Origin: a candidate division WOR-3 bacterium
GTDB lineage: Bacteria; Hydrothermota; Hydrothermia; Hydrothermales; Hydrothermaceae
Length of the DNA stretch: 64,000 nucleotides
NCBI GenBank assembly: GCA_039803745.1
Contig: JBDRZD010000001.1
Span: 2,146-66,145 of the forward strand
Reading direction: 5' to 3'
Shown: positions 18,134 through 28,239 of the stretch, piece after piece
Numbering within the stretch: the stretch's first letter is position 1
Layout of the letters: each line of letters starts with the position of its first letter
Notes under the pieces: model-generated
The model's database searches: none
Told to the model about the DNA's origin: nothing
Seen by the model: only the letters and a program-made list of their open reading frames with translations
Position numbers and translations under genes: made by a program

Positions 18134-20778
18134 AAAGTTCTAAAAAAAGAGTAAAAAAATATGTGTATGTTTTTGGTGGTGGAAAAGCTGAAGGAAGTGC
18201 AAAAATGAGAGACCTCCTTGGAGGGAAAGGTGCAGATCTTCATGAGATGTCGAGAATCGGAATAAATGTTCCTCCTGGATTTACAATTACAACAGAAGCA
18301 TGCATATACTATTTTGAAAAAGGGCGTTTCCCAAAGGAACTTTATGACCAGATTAAAAAGGGAATCAATTTTCTTGAAAAAGTAACAGGTAAAAAATTTG
18401 GTGATCCGGATAATCCATTGCTTGTTTCAGTTAGAAGTGGAGCAAGGGTTTCAATGCCTGGTATGATGGATACAGTTTTGAATCTTGGTATAAATGATGA
18501 AATAGCTGAGGGACTTGCGAAATTGACAAAAAATAGGAGATTTGCTTTAGATGTTTATAGAAGATTTATACAGATGTTTTCTGATGTTGTTAAAGGTGTT
18601 CCCAGAGAAAAATTTGAGGAAGTTTTAAGTGAGAAAAAGAAAGAGAAAGGTGTGCAATTTGATACCGAGTTAACCGAAGAGGATCTGGAGGAAATTGTAA
18701 AAAAGTATAAGGAAATATATAAAGAGTATAAGAAGGAAGATTTTCCTCAGGATCCCTGGGAAGCGCTTTATTCAGCAATAGAAGCGGTTTTTAATTCCTG
18801 GAATAACAAAAGGGCAATAGAGTATAGAAGGCTTTATAATATTCCAGATACTTGGGGGACAGCCTGTAATATTCAAACGATGGTTTTTGGAAATATGGGT
18901 TATGATAGTGCAACAGGTGTTGCCTTTAGCAGAAATCCTGCAAATGGTGAGAAGGAGATATTTGGAGAATATCTTTCAAATGCTCAAGGAGAGGATGTAG
19001 TTGCAGGGATAAGGACTCCAAGACCCATTTCTGAAATGGAAAAGGAAATGCCAAAAGCTTATAGAGAACTTGTAAAAATTTTCAAAAAACTTGAAAAGCA
19101 TTATAGAGATATGCAAGATATGGAATTTACAATAGAAAAAGGAAAAGTTTATATGCTTCAAACAAGAAAGGGTAAAAGAACACCAAGAGCAAATGTTAAA
19201 ATAGCAGTTGATATGGTTAAAGAAAAGATAATTACAAAGGAAGAAGCTATAATGAGAGTTTCCCCCTCTGATATAGACCACCTTCTTCATCCACAGATTT
19301 CTTCTTCCTATAAGGGAACTCCTATAGCAAAAGGACTTCCTGCTTCTCCTGGTGCTGCTAAGGGTAAAGTTATATTCAGTGCTGATAAAGCCCAGGAACT
19401 TGGTTCAATGGGTGAAAGTGTAATTTTAGTCAGGTTTGAAACCTCTCCTGATGATATCCATGGAATGGCAAAGTCAAAAGGAATACTCACTGCAAGAGGA
19501 GGGATGACGTCCCATGCAGCAGTTGTTGCAAGAGGGATGGGTAAACCCTGTGTTGTTGGGTGTGAGGCAATTCATATAGATTATTCTAAAGGTATTTTTG
19601 AAGTAAATGGTAAGGTTGTAAAAGAAGGGGAAATGATTACAATAGATGGAACAACAGGAAATATTTATCTTGGTGATGTTCCCCTTGAAATGCCTGAAAT
19701 GTTTCCTGAACTTGATGAACTTTTAAAATTTGCAGATGAAATAAGAAGACTTGGTGTAAGGGCAAATGCTGATACACCAAAGGATGCTAAAAAGGCACTT
19801 GAATTTGGTGCAGAAGGAATAGGACTTTGCAGAACAGAACATATGTTCTTTGAAGGTGAAAGAATATATGCAATGCAAGAAATGATACTTGCAGACAATG
19901 AAGAAGAGAGAAGAAAAGCCCTTGATAAACTCCTTCCACTTCAAAGAGAAGATTTTTATGAAATATTTAAAGTAATGGATGGTCACCCTGTTGTTATAAG
20001 GACACTTGACCCACCCCTTCATGAATTTTTACCAAAAGATGAGGAAAGTATAAAAGAGCTTGCTGAGAGAATGAATAAAAGTTTTGAGGAAGTAAAAAAG
20101 AAAGTTGAAGCACTTCAAGAAGCAAACCCAATGCTTGGCCATAGGGGTTGCAGGCTTGGTATCACTTATCCTGAGATTACAGAAATGCAGGCAAGGGCAA
20201 TATTTGAGGCTGCAGCAAAGGCTTTAAAAGAGGGTATAAAGGCAATACCTGAAGTGATGATCCCAATTGTTGCAATTCCTGAGGAACTTATTTTGCAGAA
20301 AGAGATCGTTGATAGGGTTGCAAAAGAAGTTATGGAAAAGGAAGGGATAAAAATAAATTATACTGTTGGAACAATGATAGAGATTGCAAGGGCCTGTATT
20401 GTTGCTGACAAGATTGCAAAGCATGCTGCTTTCTTTTCTTTTGGAACAAATGATTTGACACAAACTGTATACGGTTTTTCAAGGGATGATATAGGTAAAT
20501 TTTTAGCAGCTTACATAGAAAAAGGAATATTAAAGGCTGACCCATTTGTGACAATAGATCAAGAAGGTGTTGGTGAATTTATGAAAATATGTATTGAGAA
20601 AGGGAGAAAGGCAAATCCGAATTTGAAAATAGGAATATGTGGTGAGCATGGTGGTGAACCTGAATCTGTAAAATTCTGTCATAGAATAGGGCTTACATAT
20701 GTAAGTTGTTCTCCTTATAGAATTCCAATTGCAAGGTTTGCAGCAGCACAGGCAGTTCTTGAAGAAAGAAAAAAATAA
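18130..20778 (+). CDS. ppdK: Pyruvate, phosphate dikinase
   Basis: 882 aa. An N-terminal ATP-grasp/PEP-utilizing region (VYVFGGGKAEGSAKMRDLLGGKGADLHEM), the phosphohistidine region GGMTSHAAVVARGMGKPCVVG, and a C-terminal PEP/pyruvate TIM barrel (GLCRTEHMFF, FFSFGTNDLTQ). Confidence 0.9.
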   Translation: MKSSKKRVKKYVYVFGGGKAEGSAKMRDLLGGKGADLHEMSRIGINVPPGFTITTEACIYYFEKGRFPKELYDQIKKGINFLEKVTGKKFGDPDNPLLVSVRSGARVSMPGMMDTVLNLGINDEIAEGLAKLTKNRRFALDVYRRFIQMFSDVVKGVPREKFEEVLSEKKKEKGVQFDTELTEEDLEEIVKKYKEIYKEYKKEDFPQDPWEALYSAIEAVFNSWNNKRAIEYRRLYNIPDTWGTACNIQTMVFGNMGYDSATGVAFSRNPANGEKEIFGEYLSNAQGEDVVAGIRTPRPISEMEKEMPKAYRELVKIFKKLEKHYRDMQDMEFTIEKGKVYMLQTRKGKRTPRANVKIAVDMVKEKIITKEEAIMRVSPSDIDHLLHPQISSSYKGTPIAKGLPASPGAAKGKVIFSADKAQELGSMGESVILVRFETSPDDIHGMAKSKGILTARGGMTSHAAVVARGMGKPCVVGCEAIHIDYSKGIFEVNGKVVKEGEMITIDGTTGNIYLGDVPLEMPEMFPELDELLKFADEIRRLGVRANADTPKDAKKALEFGAEGIGLCRTEHMFFEGERIYAMQEMILADNEEERRKALDKLLPLQREDFYEIFKVMDGHPVVIRTLDPPLHEFLPKDEESIKELAERMNKSFEEVKKKVEALQEANPMLGHRGCRLGITYPEITEMQARAIFEAAAKALKEGIKAIPEVMIPIVAIPEELILQKEIVDRVAKEVMEKEGIKINYTVGTMIEIARACIVADKIAKHAAFFSFGTNDLTQTVYGFSRDDIGKFLAAYIEKGILKADPFVTIDQEGVGEFMKICIEKGRKANPNLKIGICGEHGGEPESVKFCHRIGLTYVSCSPYRIPIARFAAAQAVLEERKK

Positions 20779-20787
20779 AAAGGGAAA

Positions 20788-23517
20788 ATGAAAATAGATG
20801 AAAAAAAATTAAGAATTATCCTTTTTTCTTCTGTTACATTTTTTGTATTCATAATATATTTTTTAACAACAGCACCTACAGTAGTTTTCTGGGATGTAGG
20901 TGAGTTCCTTGCAACTTCCTATATTCTTGGTATACCCCATCCACCAGGAACTCCTCTTTATGTAATCCTTGGCAGGTTCTTTTCCATTCTTCCCTTACCT
21001 TTAAATACAATTAAAAAGATAACACTTATTGCAATTCTTTCAGGTGCTTTTTCAGCAGGATTTGCTTATATAATAACAGTAAAGATAATTGATTTATTTA
21101 GAGGAAATGTTTCAAAATGGATACAGCATTTATCAGGAATTGTTGCAGGGCTTATATCTCCATTTGCCTATACAACATGGTGGTCAAGCATTGAAGCAGA
21201 AACTTATGCACCTTCAAACTTTTTTATGCTCCTTTCAACCTATCTTGCCCTCCTTTGGTGGGAAAACAGAGAAAAAAATGATTCTGTTAAATATCTTATT
21301 TTAATAATCTATCTTTTAGCACTTGGTTCAGGTATCCATCTTTCCGCCCCTTTTATATTTCCTGCAATGTTTGTTTTTGTTCTTTTTACAAAACCCAAAA
21401 TAGTTCTTGATTTTGAACTTCTTGGAACATTTTCATCTTTTTTAATTCTTATTTCAGCGATATTTCCTACTTTTACACCGCCTTCATGGGGAAAAGCAAT
21501 AGTATTTTATCTCTTAGGGGCAGGTGGTGGAGCCATATTTCTTTATGCAAAGAAATATTTTAAAGAGTTTGGATTTAAGGAAGGCATTTTCTTTGCGTTA
21601 GTTACAATCTCAATTGTTTCTGCCTATATGGGTTATGTATTTCTCTTTGTAATTGGTTCCATTCTTACCTTTTTATCTATTCTTATCTTTGGTAAATTGT
21701 ATCTTGAGTATAAGGGAGTAAGTTTAATCCTTGCCTTAATTGCTGTTTCGGCGGAATTCTATCTCCTAATAAGAGCACATCATAATCCATCAATAAATGA
21801 ATCTGATCCAAAAACATGGCAGGCATTCTGGGATGTCCTTTTAAGAAAACAATATCCACCTGCTGATGTATTCCCAAGGAAAGTGCCTTTTTTTGAACAA
21901 TTAAAACTTTTCTGGACATATTTTGCAGGAAGACCTGGTGATATAGGTATGCCTCCTCAGTATGTTCCATTAATTTTTATTTTAGGATTTATAGGTTTTG
22001 CATTGCATATTGCCTATGAAAGAAAAAGTTTTTCCCTTCTTGGAACAGCACTTATTTTAACAACACTTGGTCTTATTTTTGTTTTGAATTTAAAATATTC
22101 TGCAACAGATCCAAGACCTTATATACCTGAAGAACTCAGGGAAGTAAGGGATAGGGACTATTTCTTCATACCAGGTTTTTTCTATTTTGGAATATATGCA
22201 GGGATTGGATTTTTTGGTGTTTTTAAACTTGCTATAGAAAATCTAAAGTTTTTTAGGAAAATCAGCATTTATGTTGCTTTAATCTTTGCTTTACTTTTAC
22301 CTTTATGGCAGATTTCAGCCTATTATAAAATGGTGGATAGGTCAAGAAATTATTCCTGTGAGGATTATGCATATAATCTTTTAAACTGTGCAGAGGATAA
22401 AGGTGTTCTTTTTACAAATGGAGACAATGATACATTCCCTTTATGGTGTGCTCAAGAGGTTCTTGGAATCAAAAAATCTGTAATTATTGCAAATTTATCC
22501 CTTTTAAACACAAACTGGTATAATAAACAACTTAAAAGACTTGGTGTCCCTTTCTATTTTACAGAGGAGGATATGGATAAATTAACACCATTTATAGGTC
22601 CTGATGGTGAGATTGTTCTTGTTAGAGATTTAGTTATAAGGGATATGCTTGCAGCAAATTTTGGCTATGAACTTCCAAAAGATCCAAAGGAATATGTTAC
22701 ACTTCCAAGGATTGGTTTAAGATTTCCCAAAATATATCTTTCTCCTGCTGAGGAGTTTGCTCAAAAGGTTATAGAAGGAAGGAAGCCAAAATTGCCCATA
22801 TATTTTTCAATAACCTGTGAAACAAAAGTTTATAGGGGATTTAAAAATTATTTAATTCTTGAAGGAATGGTTTATAGAGTTGTTCCCTATAAAGTAAATA
22901 CAGAAACCCCTCTTGGCTATGCTGTTGATATGGAAAAAACAGATTCTCTATTCTTTAAGGTTTTTAAATATAGAGGATTCACTGATGAAAATAAATTCTT
23001 CATAGATAGAACCCATCAGAGAATTCTCTCAAATTACCGTGCACCACTTACAGTTCTTGCCATTCTTTATTTTGAAAAAGATGATGTGGAAAGAGCAATA
23101 AATACAATTGAATTTGCTTTAAATTTTGAGGGCAATAAAAATTTGATGGATAAGGATGACAAAAGAATTTCTTACTTTATAAAACTTCAACTTGCTCAAT
23201 TCAGTATAAAGGGTTCTTATTATGACAGGGCTATATCTATTTGTAATGAACTTTTAAAAGAAGAAAAAAATAGCATTGTTTATACTTTAATGGGAGATGC
23301 CTATATGGGGAAGGGGGAGTTAAATTTGGCAAAGAATTATTATAATCTTGCTTTAAATATACCCCCGCCTTTTATGAAAACCTATGCTTCCCTTATGGAA
23401 CTTTATTCAATGGAAAACAAAAGAGATAGTTTAAAGATTATTTTTGAAATGGCGAAAAAGAGATTTGGAGAAAATCCCAATCTTGATTCCTTAAAGGCGA
23501 AATATAAAATTGATTGA
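20788..23517 (+). CDS. DUF2723-family polytopic membrane protein (PMT/GT39-like fold) with C-terminal TPR repeats
   Basis: 909 aa. The N-terminal signature TAPTVVFWDVGEFLATSYILGIPHPPGTPLY matches DUF2723, followed by more than 10 TM helices. The last ~200 aa look TPR-like (GDAYMGKGELNLAKNYYNLALNI). Confidence 0.65.
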   Translation: MKIDEKKLRIILFSSVTFFVFIIYFLTTAPTVVFWDVGEFLATSYILGIPHPPGTPLYVILGRFFSILPLPLNTIKKITLIAILSGAFSAGFAYIITVKIIDLFRGNVSKWIQHLSGIVAGLISPFAYTTWWSSIEAETYAPSNFFMLLSTYLALLWWENREKNDSVKYLILIIYLLALGSGIHLSAPFIFPAMFVFVLFTKPKIVLDFELLGTFSSFLILISAIFPTFTPPSWGKAIVFYLLGAGGGAIFLYAKKYFKEFGFKEGIFFALVTISIVSAYMGYVFLFVIGSILTFLSILIFGKLYLEYKGVSLILALIAVSAEFYLLIRAHHNPSINESDPKTWQAFWDVLLRKQYPPADVFPRKVPFFEQLKLFWTYFAGRPGDIGMPPQYVPLIFILGFIGFALHIAYERKSFSLLGTALILTTLGLIFVLNLKYSATDPRPYIPEELREVRDRDYFFIPGFFYFGIYAGIGFFGVFKLAIENLKFFRKISIYVALIFALLLPLWQISAYYKMVDRSRNYSCEDYAYNLLNCAEDKGVLFTNGDNDTFPLWCAQEVLGIKKSVIIANLSLLNTNWYNKQLKRLGVPFYFTEEDMDKLTPFIGPDGEIVLVRDLVIRDMLAANFGYELPKDPKEYVTLPRIGLRFPKIYLSPAEEFAQKVIEGRKPKLPIYFSITCETKVYRGFKNYLILEGMVYRVVPYKVNTETPLGYAVDMEKTDSLFFKVFKYRGFTDENKFFIDRTHQRILSNYRAPLTVLAILYFEKDDVERAINTIEFALNFEGNKNLMDKDDKRISYFIKLQLAQFSIKGSYYDRAISICNELLKEEKNSIVYTLMGDAYMGKGELNLAKNYYNLALNIPPPFMKTYASLMELYSMENKRDSLKIIFEMAKKRFGENPNLDSLKAKYKID

Positions 23518-24526
23518 AGAAATTGAAAAATTGTCCTCTCTTTTTGGTCCTTCAGGGAAAGAGGAAGAAGTTAGAGAATACATTAAAAACTCTATAAGCT
23601 CTTTTGCTGATGAGATACACGAAGATAGTTTCGGAAATCTTTATGTTAAAAAGGGAAAAGGAAAACCTCGTGTTCTTTTATGTTCTCATATGGATGAGGT
23701 TGGATTTATAATAAAGGAGATAGACGAAAAAGGATATCTTAAGTTTTCTCCAATAGGTGGCATAGAGCCAGAAACTGCTATTGGTAAAAGGATTATTTTT
23801 GAAAATAAAAGAAAAGGAGTGATAGGTTATAAGCCCATTCATTTACAGGATAAAGAAGAGAAGGAGAAAAAAATTTCCTTTGATGATCTTGTTATAGATG
23901 TGGGTATGGGAAAAGGAGAAGTAAATAAGTTTTTTTATAAGGGAATTTATGCAGTTTTTGATACCTCCTTTGGTAAATTAAATAAAAAATTTTATAAAGG
24001 AAAAGCCTTTGATGATAGAATAGGCTGTGCTATTTTGATGGAAATAATAAAAAATTTTAAACCTGATTTTGAACTATTTTTTCTTTTTTCCACTCAAGAA
24101 GAGGTTGGTTTAAGAGGAGCAAAGATTGGTGCGGAAAAAATTAAACCTGATATTGGGTTTGTAATTGAATGCACTGCTGCAAGTGATTTTTATAGAGAAG
24201 ATAAAGAGGATTTTCCTGCACTTTGTAAAGGCCCTGTTTTAACGACTGTGGATAGATCATGCATAGTAGACTTTGAAATTTTAGAAATTATAAAGAAAGT
24301 TGCGAAAAAAAATAATATACCATTTCAATATAAAAAACCTTTAATTGGTGGAACTGATGCAGGGAATATTCAGATTGCAGGTAAAGGAGTGAAAATGGGG
24401 ATAGTTTCTGTTACTGCAAGATACATTCATTCTCCTGTTTCAATAATAAATGAAGAAGATTTAAAAAATACCTATTTTCTTTGTTTAAAATTTTTAAAGG
24501 AGATAAAAAAATGGATGAAATTTTGA
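23510..24526 (+). CDS. M42-family aminopeptidase (FrvX/TET-like)
   Basis: 338 aa with the family metal ligands present: CSHMDEVGF, DDRIGCA, QEEVGLRGA, and a C-terminal IHSP. Confidence 0.75.
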   Translation: MIEEIEKLSSLFGPSGKEEEVREYIKNSISSFADEIHEDSFGNLYVKKGKGKPRVLLCSHMDEVGFIIKEIDEKGYLKFSPIGGIEPETAIGKRIIFENKRKGVIGYKPIHLQDKEEKEKKISFDDLVIDVGMGKGEVNKFFYKGIYAVFDTSFGKLNKKFYKGKAFDDRIGCAILMEIIKNFKPDFELFFLFSTQEEVGLRGAKIGAEKIKPDIGFVIECTAASDFYREDKEDFPALCKGPVLTTVDRSCIVDFEILEIIKKVAKKNNIPFQYKKPLIGGTDAGNIQIAGKGVKMGIVSVTARYIHSPVSIINEEDLKNTYFLCLKFLKEIKKWMKF

Positions 24527-25425
24527 AGGAATTGACATATGAATTTGGTGCATCAGGACATGAGGAAAGGTTAAGGGAAAGTATTAAGAATTTTTTAAAG
24601 GGTTTTAAAATTAACGAGGACAATTTTGGCAATTTAATAATTTCAAATACCTCTTCACCAAAATTCTTTTTTTTAACAGGAATTGATGAATCAACATTTT
24701 TTATAAAAGAAGAAGAAAAAGGGCTTTATAAGTTTTCTCTTATTGGTGATTATATACCAATAAATATAATAGACCGCTTTGTTGTTTTTAAGGATGGAAA
24801 AAGGGGAATAATAAGAAATTTGAAAGAAAAAGGTGAGCCTGAAATTTCTGACCTGAGAGTTGAAATTTTAGGTAAGAAAAAATCCGAAATAGGGGAGGCT
24901 TTTATAATAGAACCTTTCTTTTATAATGAAAAAAATCTTTATATCTCCTCAAATCTTGATTCAAGAATTTGCGCGAGTTTTTTAATTCATTTCTTAAAGA
25001 ATCATGAAAACTTTCCCTTGAAGATCGTCTTTCTTGTGAAGACAAAATTAAGTGAAAAAGGTGCGTTACCTGCTATGATTGATGAGAATCCCGAATTTAT
25101 TTTTGTTTTGGGTAGTGCACCTTGTAAGGATGGAATTGAAACTGGAAGAGGACCTGTGATAAGTTTTATAGAAAAGAATTATGTTTTGCCTTCTTATTTA
25201 AAAGGAAAATTGTTAAAGATTTTAGAAAAAGAGAATGTTCCATTTCAAAAAAGGCTTTCAGAAGATTATTCAAATTTCAATTTTTATCTTTTCCATTCAG
25301 GTTATAAAGATTCCTTTTTTATTTATTTACCCGTGAAATATAAAAACAGTGTATATAAAGTTCTTGAAAAAAAGGATTTAGAAACACTTGAAAGACTCTT
25401 TGAAATTTTATTAAAAAAACTTTAA
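24511..25425 (+). CDS. M42-like paralog with degenerate active site (probable non-catalytic subunit)
   Basis: Start at ATG 24511 (MDEILKEL...), 8 nt after an AAGGAG. The fold-level pattern matches the upstream M42, but the HxD metal motif is LTGIDESTF (His lost), the EE pair is reduced to SEKG, and the C-terminal His is absent. Confidence 0.5.
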   Translation: MDEILKELTYEFGASGHEERLRESIKNFLKGFKINEDNFGNLIISNTSSPKFFFLTGIDESTFFIKEEEKGLYKFSLIGDYIPINIIDRFVVFKDGKRGIIRNLKEKGEPEISDLRVEILGKKKSEIGEAFIIEPFFYNEKNLYISSNLDSRICASFLIHFLKNHENFPLKIVFLVKTKLSEKGALPAMIDENPEFIFVLGSAPCKDGIETGRGPVISFIEKNYVLPSYLKGKLLKILEKENVPFQKRLSEDYSNFNFYLFHSGYKDSFFIYLPVKYKNSVYKVLEKKDLETLERLFEILLKKL

Positions 25426-25437
25426 ACTATAAAACTT

Positions 25438-26163
25438 ATGAAAAAAGAAGGTTATTACATTTTTATTTCTACATTAAAAGGTGGAAAACCAAAAGAGATT
25501 TTTCTTTCAGGTTTAAAAATAAAGATTTTAAAAGTTTTAATTTTTTCTCTTGCTATCTTTATTCCTGTTTTTCTATTCTCTGTTTATTATTTTTACCGTA
25601 ATTTTTATGAATATATTCTTCTTAAAAAAAAGATAAAAGATTATGAAGCAAGAATAAAGAAAATTGAAATTCTTGAAGAAAAACTTGAAAAGATTATAAA
25701 ATATGCCAAGCAGGTTAATTATATGCTTACCGCGAAAGAGGAAAATATTAAAGAAATTAAAAAAGAAAAAGTGGAGATAAAAAAGGAAGCATTTTTGGAA
25801 GAGGATTTTATCTCTCCATTAAAGGGTATAATAACAAGAGGATTTTCCGAAGAACATCCAGGGGTTGATATATTTGCACCCTCAGGCAGTCCTGTTTTTT
25901 CTTGTGGAAATGGTGTAGTTATTGAAAAGAATTTTTCTCAAATTCTTGGTCTTTATGTTAAAATAAAGCATGAAGGTAATATTTATTCCTTATATGCACA
26001 TTTAAAAAGAGTTTTTGTAAATAAAGGTGATTTTGTTAAAAAGGGTGATGTAATAGGTGAGGTTGGTTCAACAGGAGAAACAAGTGGTTCCCATCTTCAT
26101 TTTGAAATGAGAAAGGATAATAAACCCTTTTACCCTTCTTTTATATTTTTAAAAGAATTTTAG
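25438..26163 (+). CDS. M23-family (LytM-domain) peptidase, membrane-anchored
   Basis: 241 aa. N-terminal TM helix, coiled-coil stretch, HPGVDIFAPSGSPVFS...LYAHL...GSTGETSGSHLHFEMR (HxxxD and HxH motifs). Confidence 0.7.
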   Translation: MKKEGYYIFISTLKGGKPKEIFLSGLKIKILKVLIFSLAIFIPVFLFSVYYFYRNFYEYILLKKKIKDYEARIKKIEILEEKLEKIIKYAKQVNYMLTAKEENIKEIKKEKVEIKKEAFLEEDFISPLKGIITRGFSEEHPGVDIFAPSGSPVFSCGNGVVIEKNFSQILGLYVKIKHEGNIYSLYAHLKRVFVNKGDFVKKGDVIGEVGSTGETSGSHLHFEMRKDNKPFYPSFIFLKEF

Positions 26164-26172
26164 GGGGTGTTT

Positions 26173-28239
26173 ATGAAGGTTTTAAAAAATATAATGATAT
26201 TTTTTACAGGGATCCTTTTCCTTTTATGTGTGAGAATTGAAAGAAGACCTGTGCCAGGGAGTGAAAAAGGAGGAATTCTAAGAGTGGGAATGGTAAAAGA
26301 GCCCCAGAATTTGAATCCAATTTTCCCTCCCCTTTTAGAGCCAAATCCCTTTTATGATCTTATATTTCAACCACTCTTTAGAATAGAAAAGGGAAAAGTA
26401 ATTCCCTGTCTTGCTGAGTCCTGGGAATTTTCAGAAGATTTAAAATCGATAACTTTTTATTTAAGAAAAAATGTTAAATGGCATGATGGAGAAGAATTTA
26501 CTTCAGAAGATGTTATTTTTACTTATAATCTCATAATTGATCCAGAGATAAACTCTCCTTTGAGGTCTCAATTCAGGTTTATTACAAGGGCTACTCCTCT
26601 CGGGAAATATGCTGTGAAATTTGATTTTTCAAAAATTTATTTATATGAACTTTTTGATTGCAATTTCTATCCTTTACCCTCTCATTTATTAAAAGATAAA
26701 AAAGAAATAAGTAAGTTTTCAGAAAATCCAGTAGGTATTGGTCCTTATAAATTAAAAAGATGGATAAAGGGAAATTTAATTGAACTTGAAGCAAATGAAT
26801 CTTATTTTCTTTTTATTCCACCTATTAAAACAATTTATTTCAAATTTTATCCTTCCCCTGAAATAGTTTCTCTTGCTTATGAACAGGGAAGAGTTGATAT
26901 AGCCCTTGATCTTACACCAAGGGAAATCAATTACCTAAAAGAAAAGAATAAAAATTTTAAAACGTCTCCTGGTAATAGAGTGTTTTTTATAGGTTTTAAT
27001 TTACAAAAGTTTCCTTATAATGACATAAACTTCCGAAAGGCCATAAATCTTTTGATAAATAAAAGCGAGATTATATCAAAAGTTATGGAAGGGTATGCAG
27101 AGATAACTTTTTCCCCTATTCCTTCTAATCACTGGGCGTATGATTCCACATTGAGTGATGCAAAGGTTGATTTAAGTGGAGCAAAAAGAATTCTTGAAAG
27201 TATTGGTTTTAAAAATACTGATAGAGATCCCTATCTTGAACTTTTGGGAAAAGATTTTACCTTAGAAATCATCACTGAAGATGAACCTGAAAAGATAAAA
27301 ATTGCTGAAAGTATTAAAAAATATGTTGAGGATGTAGGGATAGCATGCGAGGTTAATGCCCTTTCAGGTCTGGATTTTGTTAAAAGACTTAGGGAAAGAA
27401 ACTTTAGTATTTATCTTTTCTCATGGACCTGTGAAGAAAAAATTGATTTTACTCCTTTATGGCATTCTCAATATGGAATATTCAACTTTACGGGTTTTAA
27501 AAATGAGGAACTTGATAAGGCTATTGAAAATTCAATTCTTACTATAAATCAGATAGAAAGTAAAAGAAATTTTAGGCTTGCACAGAGAATACTCAATGAA
27601 AATTTACCAGCCATTTTCTTATTTACTAACAAAAACTTAATTGCTTATTCTGAAAGGGTTAAAGGGCTTGATGCATACCTTGATTTTCCAATACAAAATC
27701 TGGATGTTGTTTATATTCCAAAGGAGATTCAAGAAGTAAGGGTTGAGTTTGAAATAGAAGAAACTAAAGAAGTTAAAAAGGAAGAAGCCCCTCTTCCACC
27801 ACCTCCCCCAAAAGAAGCTGTTCCACCTGTTCGTGCTGAGGAAATTTTAAGGGCTGAGCTTGTAAAAAGGGAAGCACCGCCTCCTCCTCCACCTGAAGTA
27901 AAAGAAGAAACTCCTCCACCTGCCCCTGAGGTTAAAGAAGAAGTTCCACCACCAAAACCTGAAGAGCCAAGAATTGTTGCAGAGGCAAAGATCTTAAAAG
28001 GAGTTCAACCAGAATATCCTGAAATAGCAAAAAAATTAGGTTTAAAAGGAATGGTTATTGTGAGAGTCCTTGTAGACAAAAATGGGAAAGTTATAGATGC
28101 ACGTATTTTGAAATCATCAAATTATCCTATCCTTGATGAGGCTGCTTTAAATGCCTCAAAGGAATTTATTTTTGAACCTGTGAAAGATGAGGAAGGAAAA
28201 CCTGTTGAATTTTTTACAACAATACCATTCAGATTCTAA
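26173..28239 (+). CDS. Fusion protein: lipoprotein-type solute-binding protein family 5 (Opp/Dpp-like) + proline-rich TonB-like linker + TonB C-terminal domain
   Basis: Likely start at ATG 26173, after a GGGGG run. The signal peptide has an LLC lipobox. The SBP_bac_5 body runs ~500 aa (RVGMVKEPQNLNP...). It then continues in frame into EEAPLPPPPPKEAVPP...EAPPPPPPEVKEETPPPAPEVKEEVPPPKPEEP, and then PEYPEIAKKLGLKGMVIVRVLVDKNGKVIDARILKSSNYPILDEAALNASKEFIFEPV, a classic TonB_C pattern. Confidence 0.6.
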   Translation: MKVLKNIMIFFTGILFLLCVRIERRPVPGSEKGGILRVGMVKEPQNLNPIFPPLLEPNPFYDLIFQPLFRIEKGKVIPCLAESWEFSEDLKSITFYLRKNVKWHDGEEFTSEDVIFTYNLIIDPEINSPLRSQFRFITRATPLGKYAVKFDFSKIYLYELFDCNFYPLPSHLLKDKKEISKFSENPVGIGPYKLKRWIKGNLIELEANESYFLFIPPIKTIYFKFYPSPEIVSLAYEQGRVDIALDLTPREINYLKEKNKNFKTSPGNRVFFIGFNLQKFPYNDINFRKAINLLINKSEIISKVMEGYAEITFSPIPSNHWAYDSTLSDAKVDLSGAKRILESIGFKNTDRDPYLELLGKDFTLEIITEDEPEKIKIAESIKKYVEDVGIACEVNALSGLDFVKRLRERNFSIYLFSWTCEEKIDFTPLWHSQYGIFNFTGFKNEELDKAIENSILTINQIESKRNFRLAQRILNENLPAIFLFTNKNLIAYSERVKGLDAYLDFPIQNLDVVYIPKEIQEVRVEFEIEETKEVKKEEAPLPPPPPKEAVPPVRAEEILRAELVKREAPPPPPPEVKEETPPPAPEVKEEVPPPKPEEPRIVAEAKILKGVQPEYPEIAKKLGLKGMVIVRVLVDKNGKVIDARILKSSNYPILDEAALNASKEFIFEPVKDEEGKPVEFFTTIPFRF

